Assembly: GCA_006844765.1 (NCBI GenBank)
Contig: SPJV01000098.1
Span: forward strand, 26,656-90,655
Length of the DNA: 64,000 bases
Reading direction: 5' to 3'
Origin: Alphaproteobacteria bacterium
GTDB lineage: Bacteria > Pseudomonadota > Alphaproteobacteria > UBA8366 > Aestuariispiraceae
Shown: piece after piece, positions 40,218 to 49,374 of the stretch
How the letters are laid out: each line of letters opens with the position of its first letter
Position numbering within the stretch: position 1 is the first letter of the stretch
Notes under the pieces: model-generated
What the model was told of the DNA's origin: nothing
The model's input: only the letters and a program-made list of their open reading frames with translations
Databases searched by the model: none
Translations under genes and position numbers: made by a program

Positions 40218-41126
40218 TTACTCCCTAGGCGATGAGTAAAAACTATAGACGTTAAGTGCAGTTTCGGTCAGATCTGCGTCGAACCCCCGAAACAAAACAC
40301 CAGCTAGACACCCATAGATCCGTTTGAATGTATGGTTACGTGAGAAATTACTTGGGAGTTCCTCGGTCCGGAGATGGTCAAAGCCCAGGATCAGGAAGTA
40401 TTGATGCTGTTCTGAAACAGATAGAATGCCCCAACAACGGTTTGTAAATATCCTGCTAGGTCGGAACAAAATCAAAACAGACTGCAGTTCTTCAAACACG
40501 TCATCTCCTCGAACGAATTGCATAATGCCGGTGTTCGGGACCGCGCGTACCAGCGTGTTCCGGGGCAGTGTCCGAGACGGGTCCCAAGAGTTCAATTCCG
40601 GCCATTTCCGATGCTTCGGCACGACGGCGAGAACAGCATCCTGGTCGCCCGGTTCTTTGAGAAACTCCACCTCGATACCCACGGCTTCGGCGACGCATCG
40701 AATTCCCTTTCGAAACGCCAGCAACTCCCCTTCCGAATATGTGACAGGGCCGAATTCCTGCCCCCCGGTCTCGATATGGAACCGAAGCTTTTCGATTGGC
40801 AGGACGAGGTTCTCCCGGCTGATCACATTTTTCGTCTCATGCAGCTTTTTCTTGAGCATCAGCTTGCAAAGCTCGTCGAGATACTCCGAGCCGTTCACCT
40901 GCGCGGAGGCCGGATGTACGAGAGCCCCAAGCGCCGCCGCCAGCAGCAAAATACGAAGCATCCGCAAAACAATTCCAGGCGTAATGCGCGGTTCCTGCGT
41001 TCTGGCATTATCTCGACAAAAAATCGGTCGAAACGGCGCAAAAACATCCCCAATGGTTAAACGGTTGGGTGTTTTGGCATACAGAAATGTACTTTGCTGA
41101 TCTGTAAACAAGGGCTCTGAGGACAT
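40218..41126 (-). CDS. Hypothetical exported or membrane-anchored protein
   Basis: The ATG at 41126 is preceded by GGGAGA. A hydrophobic segment (MLRILLLAAALGALVHPASAQ) lies about 55 aa into the protein. If translation starts at 40961 instead, that segment would be a cleavable signal peptide. I recognise no motif. Confidence 0.5.
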   Translation of the reverse strand: MSSEPLFTDQQSTFLYAKTPNRLTIGDVFAPFRPIFCRDNARTQEPRITPGIVLRMLRILLLAAALGALVHPASAQVNGSEYLDELCKLMLKKKLHETKNVISRENLVLPIEKLRFHIETGGQEFGPVTYSEGELLAFRKGIRCVAEAVGIEVEFLKEPGDQDAVLAVVPKHRKWPELNSWDPSRTLPRNTLVRAVPNTGIMQFVRGDDVFEELQSVLILFRPSRIFTNRCWGILSVSEQHQYFLILGFDHLRTEELPSNFSRNHTFKRIYGCLAGVLFRGFDADLTETALNVYSFYSSPRE

Positions 41127-41492
41127 GATACCTATCTCCCGTTCCTCCCCTAGCATTCCATGATTGTCCGGTGTTATCCATCTTTTGGTTATGGATCGGT
41201 CATGTGTTTTGCCAGTCCCTGATTTAAGTCGCGTTTGTTGCGCTTGACGCAAACGTATCGCCGGATCGGCTGTCTCGCCCCAGTGTGCGGGAGGCGCCTT
41301 CGTCCTCGGGAATTCAAACCGTCATCTGGTGAGTTTTTCTTCAAAACACCGTGGGCTTTCTGGCCACCGCGGCTCTCACGACTTTAGCTATAACAATGAT
41401 CTCATGTGATCTTGGAATAGCTAGAAATTAATTATAGTGTCCCCAGAATTGAGATTTTCTCTAACAGGTTTCGGTTGTCGGAGGCATGAGTG

Positions 41493-42134
41493 ATGTCGAA
41501 GAGTGTTTGGCCTTTGGTATTCGTGTTGGTGTTGGGCGTGGCATCGTGCCGGCCGGCTACAATTCAGCAAGATAAAGAATTACCGGGAGATGATCAGCGT
41601 GCTCTTGTTCTGATAGGCATTAGTAACCCGGACGAGGTGTTTGAGAACTCGTACTGGGAATTTTCGTGGAGTAGGGACGACGCCAATGAGCATGTTGACA
41701 GTTGGACGGGCCGGTCTCCTGGATATGGGTTCTTCATTGATGGATATAACGTTACTGAAGAAAGAATTGAAGGAACCCAGTTCTATCTACGGCGCACGAA
41801 TCCTGGGCAGTACTCGTTGACGACGAGTTCGCGTACGCAAAACCCAACATTGATTGATGTACTTGGTGCAGATAGTGGTGCAGGAACGTTTTACGCAACG
41901 TTTCCTCGATCTTTGGGGGAGGTCAATTTGGAGGCCGAAACGGTCACCTATATTGGGACGTACGAAGTTAAAAAGGGATCGTACACATGTCTCTACGCTT
42001 CTCAGGTATCTGCTGAAAACGAAAAAGCAAGCACCTTCATCGAACGATATTCGAGTTTGGGAATGCCGTTGACTTTTGACGTGCCTGCCGACTTTCGATC
42101 ATCTTCAAGCCCTTTTTGCAAAAGAATTCAATAA
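41493..42134 (+). CDS. Hypothetical lipoprotein
   Basis: GGAGG lies 8 nt upstream of the ATG. The signal peptide has a lipobox (LVLGVASC). I recognise no motif. Confidence 0.6.
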   Translation: MSKSVWPLVFVLVLGVASCRPATIQQDKELPGDDQRALVLIGISNPDEVFENSYWEFSWSRDDANEHVDSWTGRSPGYGFFIDGYNVTEERIEGTQFYLRRTNPGQYSLTTSSRTQNPTLIDVLGADSGAGTFYATFPRSLGEVNLEAETVTYIGTYEVKKGSYTCLYASQVSAENEKASTFIERYSSLGMPLTFDVPADFRSSSSPFCKRIQ

Positions 42135-42241
42135 ATTCCAGTGCCTCCGTGTTGAATGCATGCCGTGTTTGGGACTGCCCTGTATCCCCGCTTGCGCGGG
42201 AATGATGGGAGAGGTTTGGTTCTGAGGGTTTGTAAATTCCC

Positions 42242-43246
42242 TCACAGCTTCGGCTGTTGTTGGGTGATGCAGTGGATGCCGCCGCCGCCTCTGGTTATGT
42301 GGGTGACGGGGACTTGGGTGACGCTGCGGTCGGGGAAGGCGGCGGCGAGGGTTTCGTAGGCCTCTGCGTCTTCCGGGATGCCATAGCCGGGGATGACCAG
42401 CCCACCATTGGCGATGTAGAAATTCACATAGGATGAGCAGAAACCCCAATCGCCATGGCCGGCGCGGGACCGGGTCGGGGCCTCGCGGATGGTGATGAAT
42501 TCGAGCGGCCGGCCTTGGGCGTCGGTCTGGCCTTCCAGGGCCGCGAAGTTTTTCTCTGTCGTTACCTTGCCGCTGTCATCGCCCTCTGCAGCCAATTCGA
42601 ACAGCACTGTGCCGGGCTTGGTGAAGCAGGCGATCCCGTCGATATGACCATTGGTGCCGTGCTCCGCGTCGTTTCCGGGCAGCCAGATCACTTTCTCGAT
42701 GCCCAGCGTGCGGGCGAATTCCGCTTCTGCATGGGGGCGGGTCAGGCCCGGATTGCGGTTGGTGTTGAAGGTGACACTGTCGGTGGTGATCAGTGTGCCT
42801 TGTCCGTCGACGGCGATATTGCCGCCTTCCGTTGACAGGGCGGAGGTGATGGGGCTACCCCCCAGACCTTCAGTGAGGCGCCGGCCAAGGGCTGCATCCT
42901 TCTGGAATTCTGTATTCGCACCACCCCAACCATTGAAGCGCCAGCACACGCCGGCCAGCCGAGCGTCGTCTTCAATGACGAAGCTGGGGCCACAATCCCG
43001 GCACCAGGCGTCATCAACGGGATATTCCACGACCTCGATATCGGCACCGAGCATATCCCGGGCTTTGGCGGCGCTATGGGGGTTGGTGACGACGCTCAGC
43101 GGCTCATAATTACGGATCGCATGGGCGACGCCGGTATATTCGCGCTGCACCGGCTCCAGCTCATCTTCCCAGAGCGGCGCATCGGGCCATATCATCCAGC
43201 AGCGTTCGTGATCTTCCCATTCAGCGGGCATGCGGCGGCGGGTCAT
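42242..43246 (-). CDS. aguA: Agmatine deiminase (peptidyl-arginine deiminase family)
   Basis: The N-terminus is MPAEWEDHERCWMIWP. The C-terminal catalytic-Cys motif is GGGIHCITQQQP. Confidence 0.9.
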   Translation of the reverse strand: MTRRRMPAEWEDHERCWMIWPDAPLWEDELEPVQREYTGVAHAIRNYEPLSVVTNPHSAAKARDMLGADIEVVEYPVDDAWCRDCGPSFVIEDDARLAGVCWRFNGWGGANTEFQKDAALGRRLTEGLGGSPITSALSTEGGNIAVDGQGTLITTDSVTFNTNRNPGLTRPHAEAEFARTLGIEKVIWLPGNDAEHGTNGHIDGIACFTKPGTVLFELAAEGDDSGKVTTEKNFAALEGQTDAQGRPLEFITIREAPTRSRAGHGDWGFCSSYVNFYIANGGLVIPGYGIPEDAEAYETLAAAFPDRSVTQVPVTHITRGGGGIHCITQQQPKL

Positions 43247-43395
43247 GTTTTACTCTCCCCTTAGTCTGTATGAGGCTATGCTCGGGCAGAGAGGCGCGCG
43301 TCGCAATTGACCCAAAAGGGATAGGCTGGCAGATGGACTGGATTACGGTTCGAAACGCGCTTCGCCGCGATGGGCGAGGCGCAAAAAGGTAGACA

Positions 43396-44151
43396 TTGAC
43401 CATGACTGATAGGCTGAAAATATCGGATGTTCTTCAGGGGGATGTACTGCAGGGAGATGGCCTTCCCGCGTCTACCGGGTCAGATGGGCTTGCCCGCTTC
43501 GTCGCGGCGATGGGGCATGATCTTCGCACGCCGCTGAGCGCAGTTACGGGCTATAGCGGGCTGATGCTTGATGCGGCGGCGGAAGAAGGGTTGTCGGAAC
43601 AGGCGATTGCAGACCTATCCAATATCCGGGAAGCGGGCGGCAGGATGCTGTGGCTGCTCAACGCCGTGATTGACCTTGCAAAGCTACAGGCCGGGACCAT
43701 TGCGGCGGATATGCAATCGGTCGACCTGCTGGCGGAGGTTGCTGTAACGCTGAAGGAGGCGCGGCGGCGCGGTGAGGTTTCGGAGAAACTGCCGGAAGGG
43801 GCCATTACTCTCCAGTCGGATCCGGCCATTTTGCGGCGCGGTTTGTCTCATATGCTGGAAGCCGGGCGGGGTCTGACCGCCGATGGAAATATTGCACTGA
43901 TCGTCGAACAGGATGGTGAGGGTGTTCGGATTGCCGTACGGATCAACGGGGCTGACTTGACCCCGGATGATCTGCAGTTTGCGCTGAATGCCTTGGCTGA
44001 GCCGGAAGCGGCGATTGCGGCCCGCGCAGGAGAAGCCGGGATTAGCTTATGCGCGGCACGGGCTTTCGCGTCTTGCATTGGTGCCGAAATCTCGGTGCTG
44101 GACGACGGCGACGGCGTCGTCATGATCGAATTGCGCCTGCCTGCCGTGTAA
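43396..44151 (+). CDS. Soluble HisKA-domain protein with a degenerate ATP-binding (CA-like) domain
   Basis: The H-box is intact (FVAAMGHDLRTPLSAV). At the expected positions the N-box reads HMLEAGRG, the G1 box reads VRINGADL and the G2 box reads GEAGISL. None retains the conserved Asn or the DxGxG and GxGxG residues. The protein has no TM or sensor domain. Confidence 0.7.
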   Translation: MTMTDRLKISDVLQGDVLQGDGLPASTGSDGLARFVAAMGHDLRTPLSAVTGYSGLMLDAAAEEGLSEQAIADLSNIREAGGRMLWLLNAVIDLAKLQAGTIAADMQSVDLLAEVAVTLKEARRRGEVSEKLPEGAITLQSDPAILRRGLSHMLEAGRGLTADGNIALIVEQDGEGVRIAVRINGADLTPDDLQFALNALAEPEAAIAARAGEAGISLCAARAFASCIGAEISVLDDGDGVVMIELRLPAV

Positions 44152-44237
44152 TAGGATGGGCATAAAGTTTTGGATGGGCACACAATACGGAAGTAAAAGG
44201 CTGCACGGAAGTAAAAGGCTGCTTGCCTTGTTGCGTA

Positions 44238-44660
44238 TTAGACTGCGCCTGCCGGTTCAGATTTTTTGCTGGCCGGCTCTTTGGCCAACAGCTCCGCGAC
44301 ACATTCTGTGAGTTCATCCGGTTCAAACGGTTTCGCCAGAACGGCATCCGCGCCGATCTTTGTTGCGGCTTTCAATGCATCGTTAGGGGACATGCCGGAG
44401 TATCCAGCGGAGATCGCCAGGATTTTGCTGGTGGGGAATTGATCACGAAACGCCTTTATCCCTTCAATGCCGCCCATGCCGCGCATGAAGATATCGCTGA
44501 TCAAACAGGCGAAGTTGCCGTTTCTCGCTATTTTAAGCCCGCTCTCCATATCTGAGGCAATGATCATGCGGTATCCGCGTTTTTGAAGCGTCCGCGAAAC
44601 AATGTCCAAGGTGTAACGATCATCTTCAACAAGCAAAATATTTTTCGGTATAGTGGCCAC
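44238..44660 (-). CDS. Single-domain response regulator (CheY-like receiver)
   Basis: Receiver residues are present: LLVEDD, the phospho-acceptor context CLISDIFM, ILAISAG and KPF. The GTG at 44660 is preceded by GAGGA 5 nt upstream. The ATG at 44717 has no SD. Confidence 0.8.
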   Translation of the reverse strand: MATIPKNILLVEDDRYTLDIVSRTLQKRGYRMIIASDMESGLKIARNGNFACLISDIFMRGMGGIEGIKAFRDQFPTSKILAISAGYSGMSPNDALKAATKIGADAVLAKPFEPDELTECVAELLAKEPASKKSEPAGAV

Positions 44661-44729
44661 TGCGATCCTCTTGATTCTAATGATAGAAAAGCAACTTGCC
44701 TCAAGCTTACCTATCAAACATTTATATGC

Positions 44730-45092
44730 TTATGATGGGACCAAATCATTAATTTTTTCTAACAACCTTTCGATTTCGACGGGTTTCGTATCAAAATCAT
44801 CACATCCCGCTGAAATCGCGCGTTCTCGATCCGCATCGTCATCGCTCGCGGTGAGGGCGATAATCGGTAGATCGGCTGTATTTTCATTTGCTCGGATATG
44901 CGCGACCGCGTCGAGGCCATCCAGAATAGGCAGAGAAAGATCCATCAGCACCAGATCCGGCTGTTCCGAAAAGGCGAGATCAATCCCGGCCTGTCCGTCG
45001 GTCGCTTCAACGATGTCGAAGCCTTTTCGCATCAGCTGCCGGGAGATCACAATGCGATTCATGTCATTATCTTCGACCAAAAGGATTTTCAT
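44730..45092 (-). CDS. Single-domain response regulator (CheY-like receiver)
   Basis: Receiver residues are present: MKILLVEDNDMNR, LVLMDLSLP, IIALTAS and KPV. Confidence 0.9.
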   Translation of the reverse strand: MKILLVEDNDMNRIVISRQLMRKGFDIVEATDGQAGIDLAFSEQPDLVLMDLSLPILDGLDAVAHIRANENTADLPIIALTASDDDADRERAISAGCDDFDTKPVEIERLLEKINDLVPS

Positions 45093-45221
45093 GATGGTGG
45101 TCTACTCGCGCTTTTCGTTGTGAGGACTGAGGTGCCCTTTGTATAGGATCGAACCAACAAAGTTTTCTCATCAATCTGTCCAGACTAGACCGCCGGGAAA
45201 GAATCGTCACATCTGATAATC

Positions 45222-45491
45222 ATGAACGCTGAACAGGCTCTCGAAGTCGCCCATGAGGCTATCTTTACGCTCCTGGTTGTCTCCACACCGATCATGGTGG
45301 TGGGGCTGGCCGTCGGGCTGACGATTGCCGTGTTTCAGGCACTGACACAGATACAGGAAGTCACCCTGACCTTTGTGCCGAAGATTATCGTTGTCTTCAT
45401 TTCACTCATCATCCTGCTGCCCTTTATGCTCGATCAGATGGAACAGTTGATGCTTCTTTTGACCGATAAAATCGTTGTTCTGGGCCAGTAG
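45222..45491 (+). CDS. fliQ: Flagellar export apparatus protein FliQ
   Basis: 89 aa with two TM segments and a typical FliQ sequence (PIMVVGLAVGLTIAVFQALTQIQEVTLTFVPKI). Confidence 0.9.
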   Translation: MNAEQALEVAHEAIFTLLVVSTPIMVVGLAVGLTIAVFQALTQIQEVTLTFVPKIIVVFISLIILLPFMLDQMEQLMLLLTDKIVVLGQ

Positions 45492-45506
45492 CGAAGGGCG
45501 CGCGCG

Positions 45507-46268
45507 ATGCTGAAAGCAGCGCTTACAGCGGAATTATTCGTTACGGTCATGGTGTTTTGCCGAATTGGCGCGGCCTTCATTACACTTCCGTCAATTGGCG
45601 AGACCTTCTTGAGCCCGCGGGCAAGGCTTGCTTTCGCCGTTTTCCTATCGATCGTCTCAGCACCAATCATTGCGCCTTTGATCCCCGATATACCGAACGA
45701 TATTCCGACCTTGTTTAAGATCATATTGGGGGAAATTTTGATCGGCGCGTTCATCGGCGGTGCGGCCCGGATCATGATGGGAGCTCTGGCGGTCGCCGGG
45801 ACCGTCATTGCCTTCCTGACAGGCCTGTCCTCCGCATTGTTGTTTAACCCGTTATTGGCTGATCAGGGTGCGATACATTCGGTTTTTCTTACTCTATTGG
45901 GGTTGTTGCTGATCTTCGCGACAGACATGCATCATTTATTGATCCGCATGACATTGGAGAGTTACACGGTTTTCGAGGCTGGTGAGTTCCCAATGGTTGG
46001 CGATATGGCGGATGTTATTGCCAGGATTACGGCGGATTCTTTCGCCTTGGGCGTTCAGATGGCATCGCCGATTATCGTGGTCGCCGTGATGTTTTATGTT
46101 TTGCTCGGTCTTTTGGCGCGATTGATGCCGCAGATGCAGGTCTTTTTTATCGCCATGCCGCTACAGATTCTCATTGGAACCTTTGTGTTGATGATTACGC
46201 TGGGCGCAATGATGTTATGGTTCATGCGCCAGTATGCGGAGTTGATCGCGAAATTTCTGCCTGCATAG
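45507..46268 (+). CDS. fliR: Flagellar export apparatus protein FliR
   Basis: A 253-aa polytopic protein directly after fliQ. FCRIGAAFITLP is a typical FliR N-terminus. Confidence 0.85.
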   Translation: MLKAALTAELFVTVMVFCRIGAAFITLPSIGETFLSPRARLAFAVFLSIVSAPIIAPLIPDIPNDIPTLFKIILGEILIGAFIGGAARIMMGALAVAGTVIAFLTGLSSALLFNPLLADQGAIHSVFLTLLGLLLIFATDMHHLLIRMTLESYTVFEAGEFPMVGDMADVIARITADSFALGVQMASPIIVVAVMFYVLLGLLARLMPQMQVFFIAMPLQILIGTFVLMITLGAMMLWFMRQYAELIAKFLPA

Positions 46269-46340
46269 GGATTACGCCGAAACTGATTTGATGCCGAATT
46301 TGGGGAGGGCCCCTTCAGACCGGCATAGAGGAACGGGGCG

Positions 46341-47417
46341 ATGTCTGATCAACCGGATGAGTCGCAGAAAACCGAAGAACCGACCTCTAAACGCTTGCGG
46401 GATGCGCGGGACCGGGGGCAGGTAGCCACCAGTCGTGAGCTTAACACATGGATTATTCTGTTCGGGACCGGCATCCTGATCGCGATGGCGTCCCCGATGT
46501 TTTTCCGGGACGTACGCGGACTTCTTCTCAGCTTCATTTCGCGCCCCCATAGTTTCCCCACTGATACGGCGGCGCTTGGCCATCTGCTGACAGAGTTCCT
46601 GCTTGAGCTCTTGTTGATCATGGCGCTGCCATTCGGCGTTTTGTTCGCCTTGGCGCTCGCTGCGGGGCTCATGCAGAACGGGCTTCTCTTCGCGGTGAAG
46701 CAATTGGAGCCGAAACTGGAAAAACTCTCTTTGATCAAGGGGGTTCAGCGTCTCTTCTCCATGAAGCAGATGGTTGAATTCTTCAAAGGGATGTTCAAGA
46801 TCACGCTGGTCGGGGTGATCGGTGTCCTCCTGCTGCTGCCGGAAATTGGGCGTCTGGATACCTTGCCGACCATGGAAGCCGGCGAAATTTTGGACGAGAT
46901 CTTGGCGCTCGTCATACGCGTCTTTATTGCGGTTCTGGCTGTCTTATTGGCGATTACCATTGCCGATGTCGTTTATCAGCGGATGGAGCATATGAAGCAG
47001 CTCCGCATGACGAAGCAGGAAGTGAAGGAAGAATTTAAGAACACGGAAGGCGATCCGCAGATTAAGTCACGGTTGCGTCAGATCCGGGCCGAACGGTCGC
47101 GCCAGCGCATGATGCAAGCCGTGCCGGAAGCGGATGTCGTGGTTACCAACCCGACCCATTTCGCGATCGCGTTGAAGTATAATCCAGATGAAATGGAAGC
47201 CCCGAAATGCTTGGCGAAGGGACAGGATGTCCTGGCGCATCGGATGCGGGATCTGGCAGATGAGCATGACGTCCCGATTGTTGAGAACCCGCCCCTTGCC
47301 CGCGCGCTCTATGCGTCGGTTGAGGTCGATGACTTCATCCCACCCGAGCACTATGAAGCCGTCGCTAAGGTAATCTCCTACGTCTTCCAGGTTAAAGGAA
47401 AGACAATGCCGACATGA
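46341..47417 (+). CDS. flhB: Flagellar export switch protein FlhB
   Basis: The N-terminus contains EKTEEPTSKRLRDARDRGQVATSREL. The autocleavage motif NPTH is present (VVTNPTHFAIAL). Confidence 0.9.
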   Translation: MSDQPDESQKTEEPTSKRLRDARDRGQVATSRELNTWIILFGTGILIAMASPMFFRDVRGLLLSFISRPHSFPTDTAALGHLLTEFLLELLLIMALPFGVLFALALAAGLMQNGLLFAVKQLEPKLEKLSLIKGVQRLFSMKQMVEFFKGMFKITLVGVIGVLLLLPEIGRLDTLPTMEAGEILDEILALVIRVFIAVLAVLLAITIADVVYQRMEHMKQLRMTKQEVKEEFKNTEGDPQIKSRLRQIRAERSRQRMMQAVPEADVVVTNPTHFAIALKYNPDEMEAPKCLAKGQDVLAHRMRDLADEHDVPIVENPPLARALYASVEVDDFIPPEHYEAVAKVISYVFQVKGKTMPT

Positions 47418-47433
47418 TGAGCGAGGTGCCAAC

Positions 47434-49152
47434 ATGCGGGATCGATTGACGGCAAAACCAATTGCGTTTGCGGCGGGCGTTATCGCGATTGGGGGCTGTG
47501 CCGCGGCGCTGTTTTCACGTGGAGAAGGGGAGCTGGCAGCCATCATTTCGACCGGATTGGCTGTACTGATTGCCGTTGTTTGGCGTTACTCAATTACAGA
47601 CCGGGGCAAGCAAGCCGAGATGGCGCTGCGTTTGTCTGGCGCGGAACGGGCGCTTAAGAGCGCACCTTTCGGTGTTGCGAGCTTGGATGGGGAGGGGTGC
47701 TTCAAAGAAACAAATGAGGCATTTCGGCAGTTGTTCGATCGGTCGGAACTTCGCGATCAATCATTAATGTCCTTTGTTGTTGAGGATGATGTCCCTGAAT
47801 TGACGGCTCGACTGAAAGAATTGGAGACTGTGGGAACAGACGCAACGCCGCCGATTGATGTCTCCCTCGCCGGTGTTATGGATGATGGGATTCCGCGCGC
47901 GATTACCCTTTATCCCCGACGCGCCGTTGGGGCGGAGGGCGATGGTGAGGTGATGCTGCATGCGGTCGATGCGACAGAACGTCGGCGCCTGGAAACCCAG
48001 TTCGTGCAATCTCAGAAAATGCAGGCGGTCGGTCAACTGGCCGGCGGGATCTCTCATGACTTCAATAATCTGCTGACGGGTATCATTGGATTTTGTGACC
48101 TCCTATTACAGCGGCATCAGCCGGGGGAGGCCTCTTTTGGTGATGCGATGCAGATTAAACACAGTGCGAATAGAGCGGCAGGACTGACTCGCCAGCTACT
48201 GGCTTTCTCCAGACAGCAATCGCTGGAAGCCCGGCCGATTGATTTGACCGAAGTCCTGGCGGAGCTTTCGCATCTGTTGCGCCGGCTGTTGGGGGACTCC
48301 GTTGATCTGAATGTGTTGCATGGCCGGGACCTTTGGGCGGTGCGGGCCGATCCGGGTAAAATTGAACAGATGGTCATCAATCTGGCGGTCAATGCGCGCG
48401 ATGCGATGCCGGATGGGGGGAAGCTCTCTATTCAAACGGATAACTTCACAGCGCGAAAAAGCTATACGATGCGGGGGGAGACACTGGCGCCTGGAGACTA
48501 TGTCTGTCTTGTGGTGTCGGATACCGGGACAGGGATGCCGGATGACGTTCTTTCCCGTATCTTTGAGCCATTCTTCACCACAAAAGATGTGGGTGAGGGG
48601 ACCGGGCTCGGCCTCGCCATGGTTTATGGCAGCATCCAGCAAATGGGTGGCCGGGTCTTTGCTCAATCGGATGGGCCGGGAACGGGAACCCGCTTGTCAC
48701 TCTATTTCCCCCGCTCGATGGAAGAGGTTGAAGTCGGTAGCATTGAAGATGACGGAGAGGCGGCGACAGGCGATGTAACCGGCGTTGGGAGTATTTTGCT
48801 TGTCGAAGATGAAGATGCGGTCAGGCTGTTTTGTGCCCGTGCTCTGCGCGCCAAGGGATACCATGTCACTGAGGCTCGGACCGGCGAGGCAGCCTTGGAA
48901 ATTCTTGCGGATCAAGATTTCGATCTGTTGCTGACCGATATGATGATGCCGAACGTTGACGGCGCAACCCTGATCCGAGAGGCGCGCAAGAAACGGCCGG
49001 AGCTGCCCGTCGTCTGCGTCTCCGGTTACACAAGAGAGAGCATTGCGCGTGATACGGACGGCATTCCAAATCTGCGGTTCCTCGCCAAACCATTCTCGCT
49101 CAAGCAGCTTGCGGCAACGGTGAAGGCAGCCTTCGAATCGAATGGCGAGTAA
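47434..49152 (+). CDS. Hybrid sensor histidine kinase (2 TM, PAS-like, HisKA, HATPase, C-terminal receiver)
   Basis: The H-box is [14 protein letters not shown]. The N-box is [11 protein letters not shown]1 is DTGTGM and G2 is GTGLGLAMV. The receiver has [20 protein letters not shown] and KPF. Confidence 0.85.
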   Translation: MRDRLTAKPIAFAAGVIAIGGCAAALFSRGEGELAAIISTGLAVLIAVVWRYSITDRGKQAEMALRLSGAERALKSAPFGVASLDGEGCFKETNEAFRQLFDRSELRDQSLMSFVVEDDVPELTARLKELETVGTDATPPIDVSLAGVMDDGIPRAITLYPRRAVGAEGDGEVMLHAVDATERRRLETQFVQSQKMQAVGQLAGGISHDFNNLLTGIIGFCDLLLQRHQPGEASFGDAMQIKHSANRAAGLTRQLLAFSRQQSLEARPIDLTEVLAELSHLLRRLLGDSVDLNVLHGRDLWAVRADPGKIEQMVINLAVNARDAMPDGGKLSIQTDNFTARKSYTMRGETLAPGDYVCLVVSDTGTGMPDDVLSRIFEPFFTTKDVGEGTGLGLAMVYGSIQQMGGRVFAQSDGPGTGTRLSLYFPRSMEEVEVGSIEDDGEAATGDVTGVGSILLVEDEDAVRLFCARALRAKGYHVTEARTGEAALEILADQDFDLLLTDMMMPNVDGATLIREARKKRPELPVVCVSGYTRESIARDTDGIPNLRFLAKPFSLKQLAATVKAAFESNGE

Positions 49153-49374
49153 CACCGAATTTTCCACCCGATAAGTCAATCCTGAGAAAATTTGATTTGG
49201 ATTTTGTTCACGGAACATCTTCCGTATAAACCCAGAATATGCGAAGTGGTTGTTCTCATTGAAGGATTTTCATATCTAAAAATGGGACAAAAAAAGAACT
49301 TGTGAAAAAGAACACTTTGTGTACATTGGCGCCGTTGCACCGGTCCACGGGCTATGGGAAGAAGGAGCGAACGG

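Noticed and set aside
42183-42207. tatccccgcttgcgcgggaatgat hairpin after the lipoprotein gene. It resembles the short palindromic REP-like element that yields spurious IPAQAGIQ translations in many alphaproteobacterial genomes.
   Set aside because: There is a single copy in this window and the stem is only 5 bp. I cannot establish that it is a dispersed repeat without the rest of the genome. It probably just serves as a weak terminator or spacer.
45093-45221. Searched the fliQ / receiver divergent promoter for sigma54, sigma28 (TAAA-N15-GCCGATAA) and CtrA (TTAA-N7-TTAAC) sites
   Set aside because: No match better than chance. The best partial match (TGGACAGATTGATGA on the minus strand) lacks the -12 GC.
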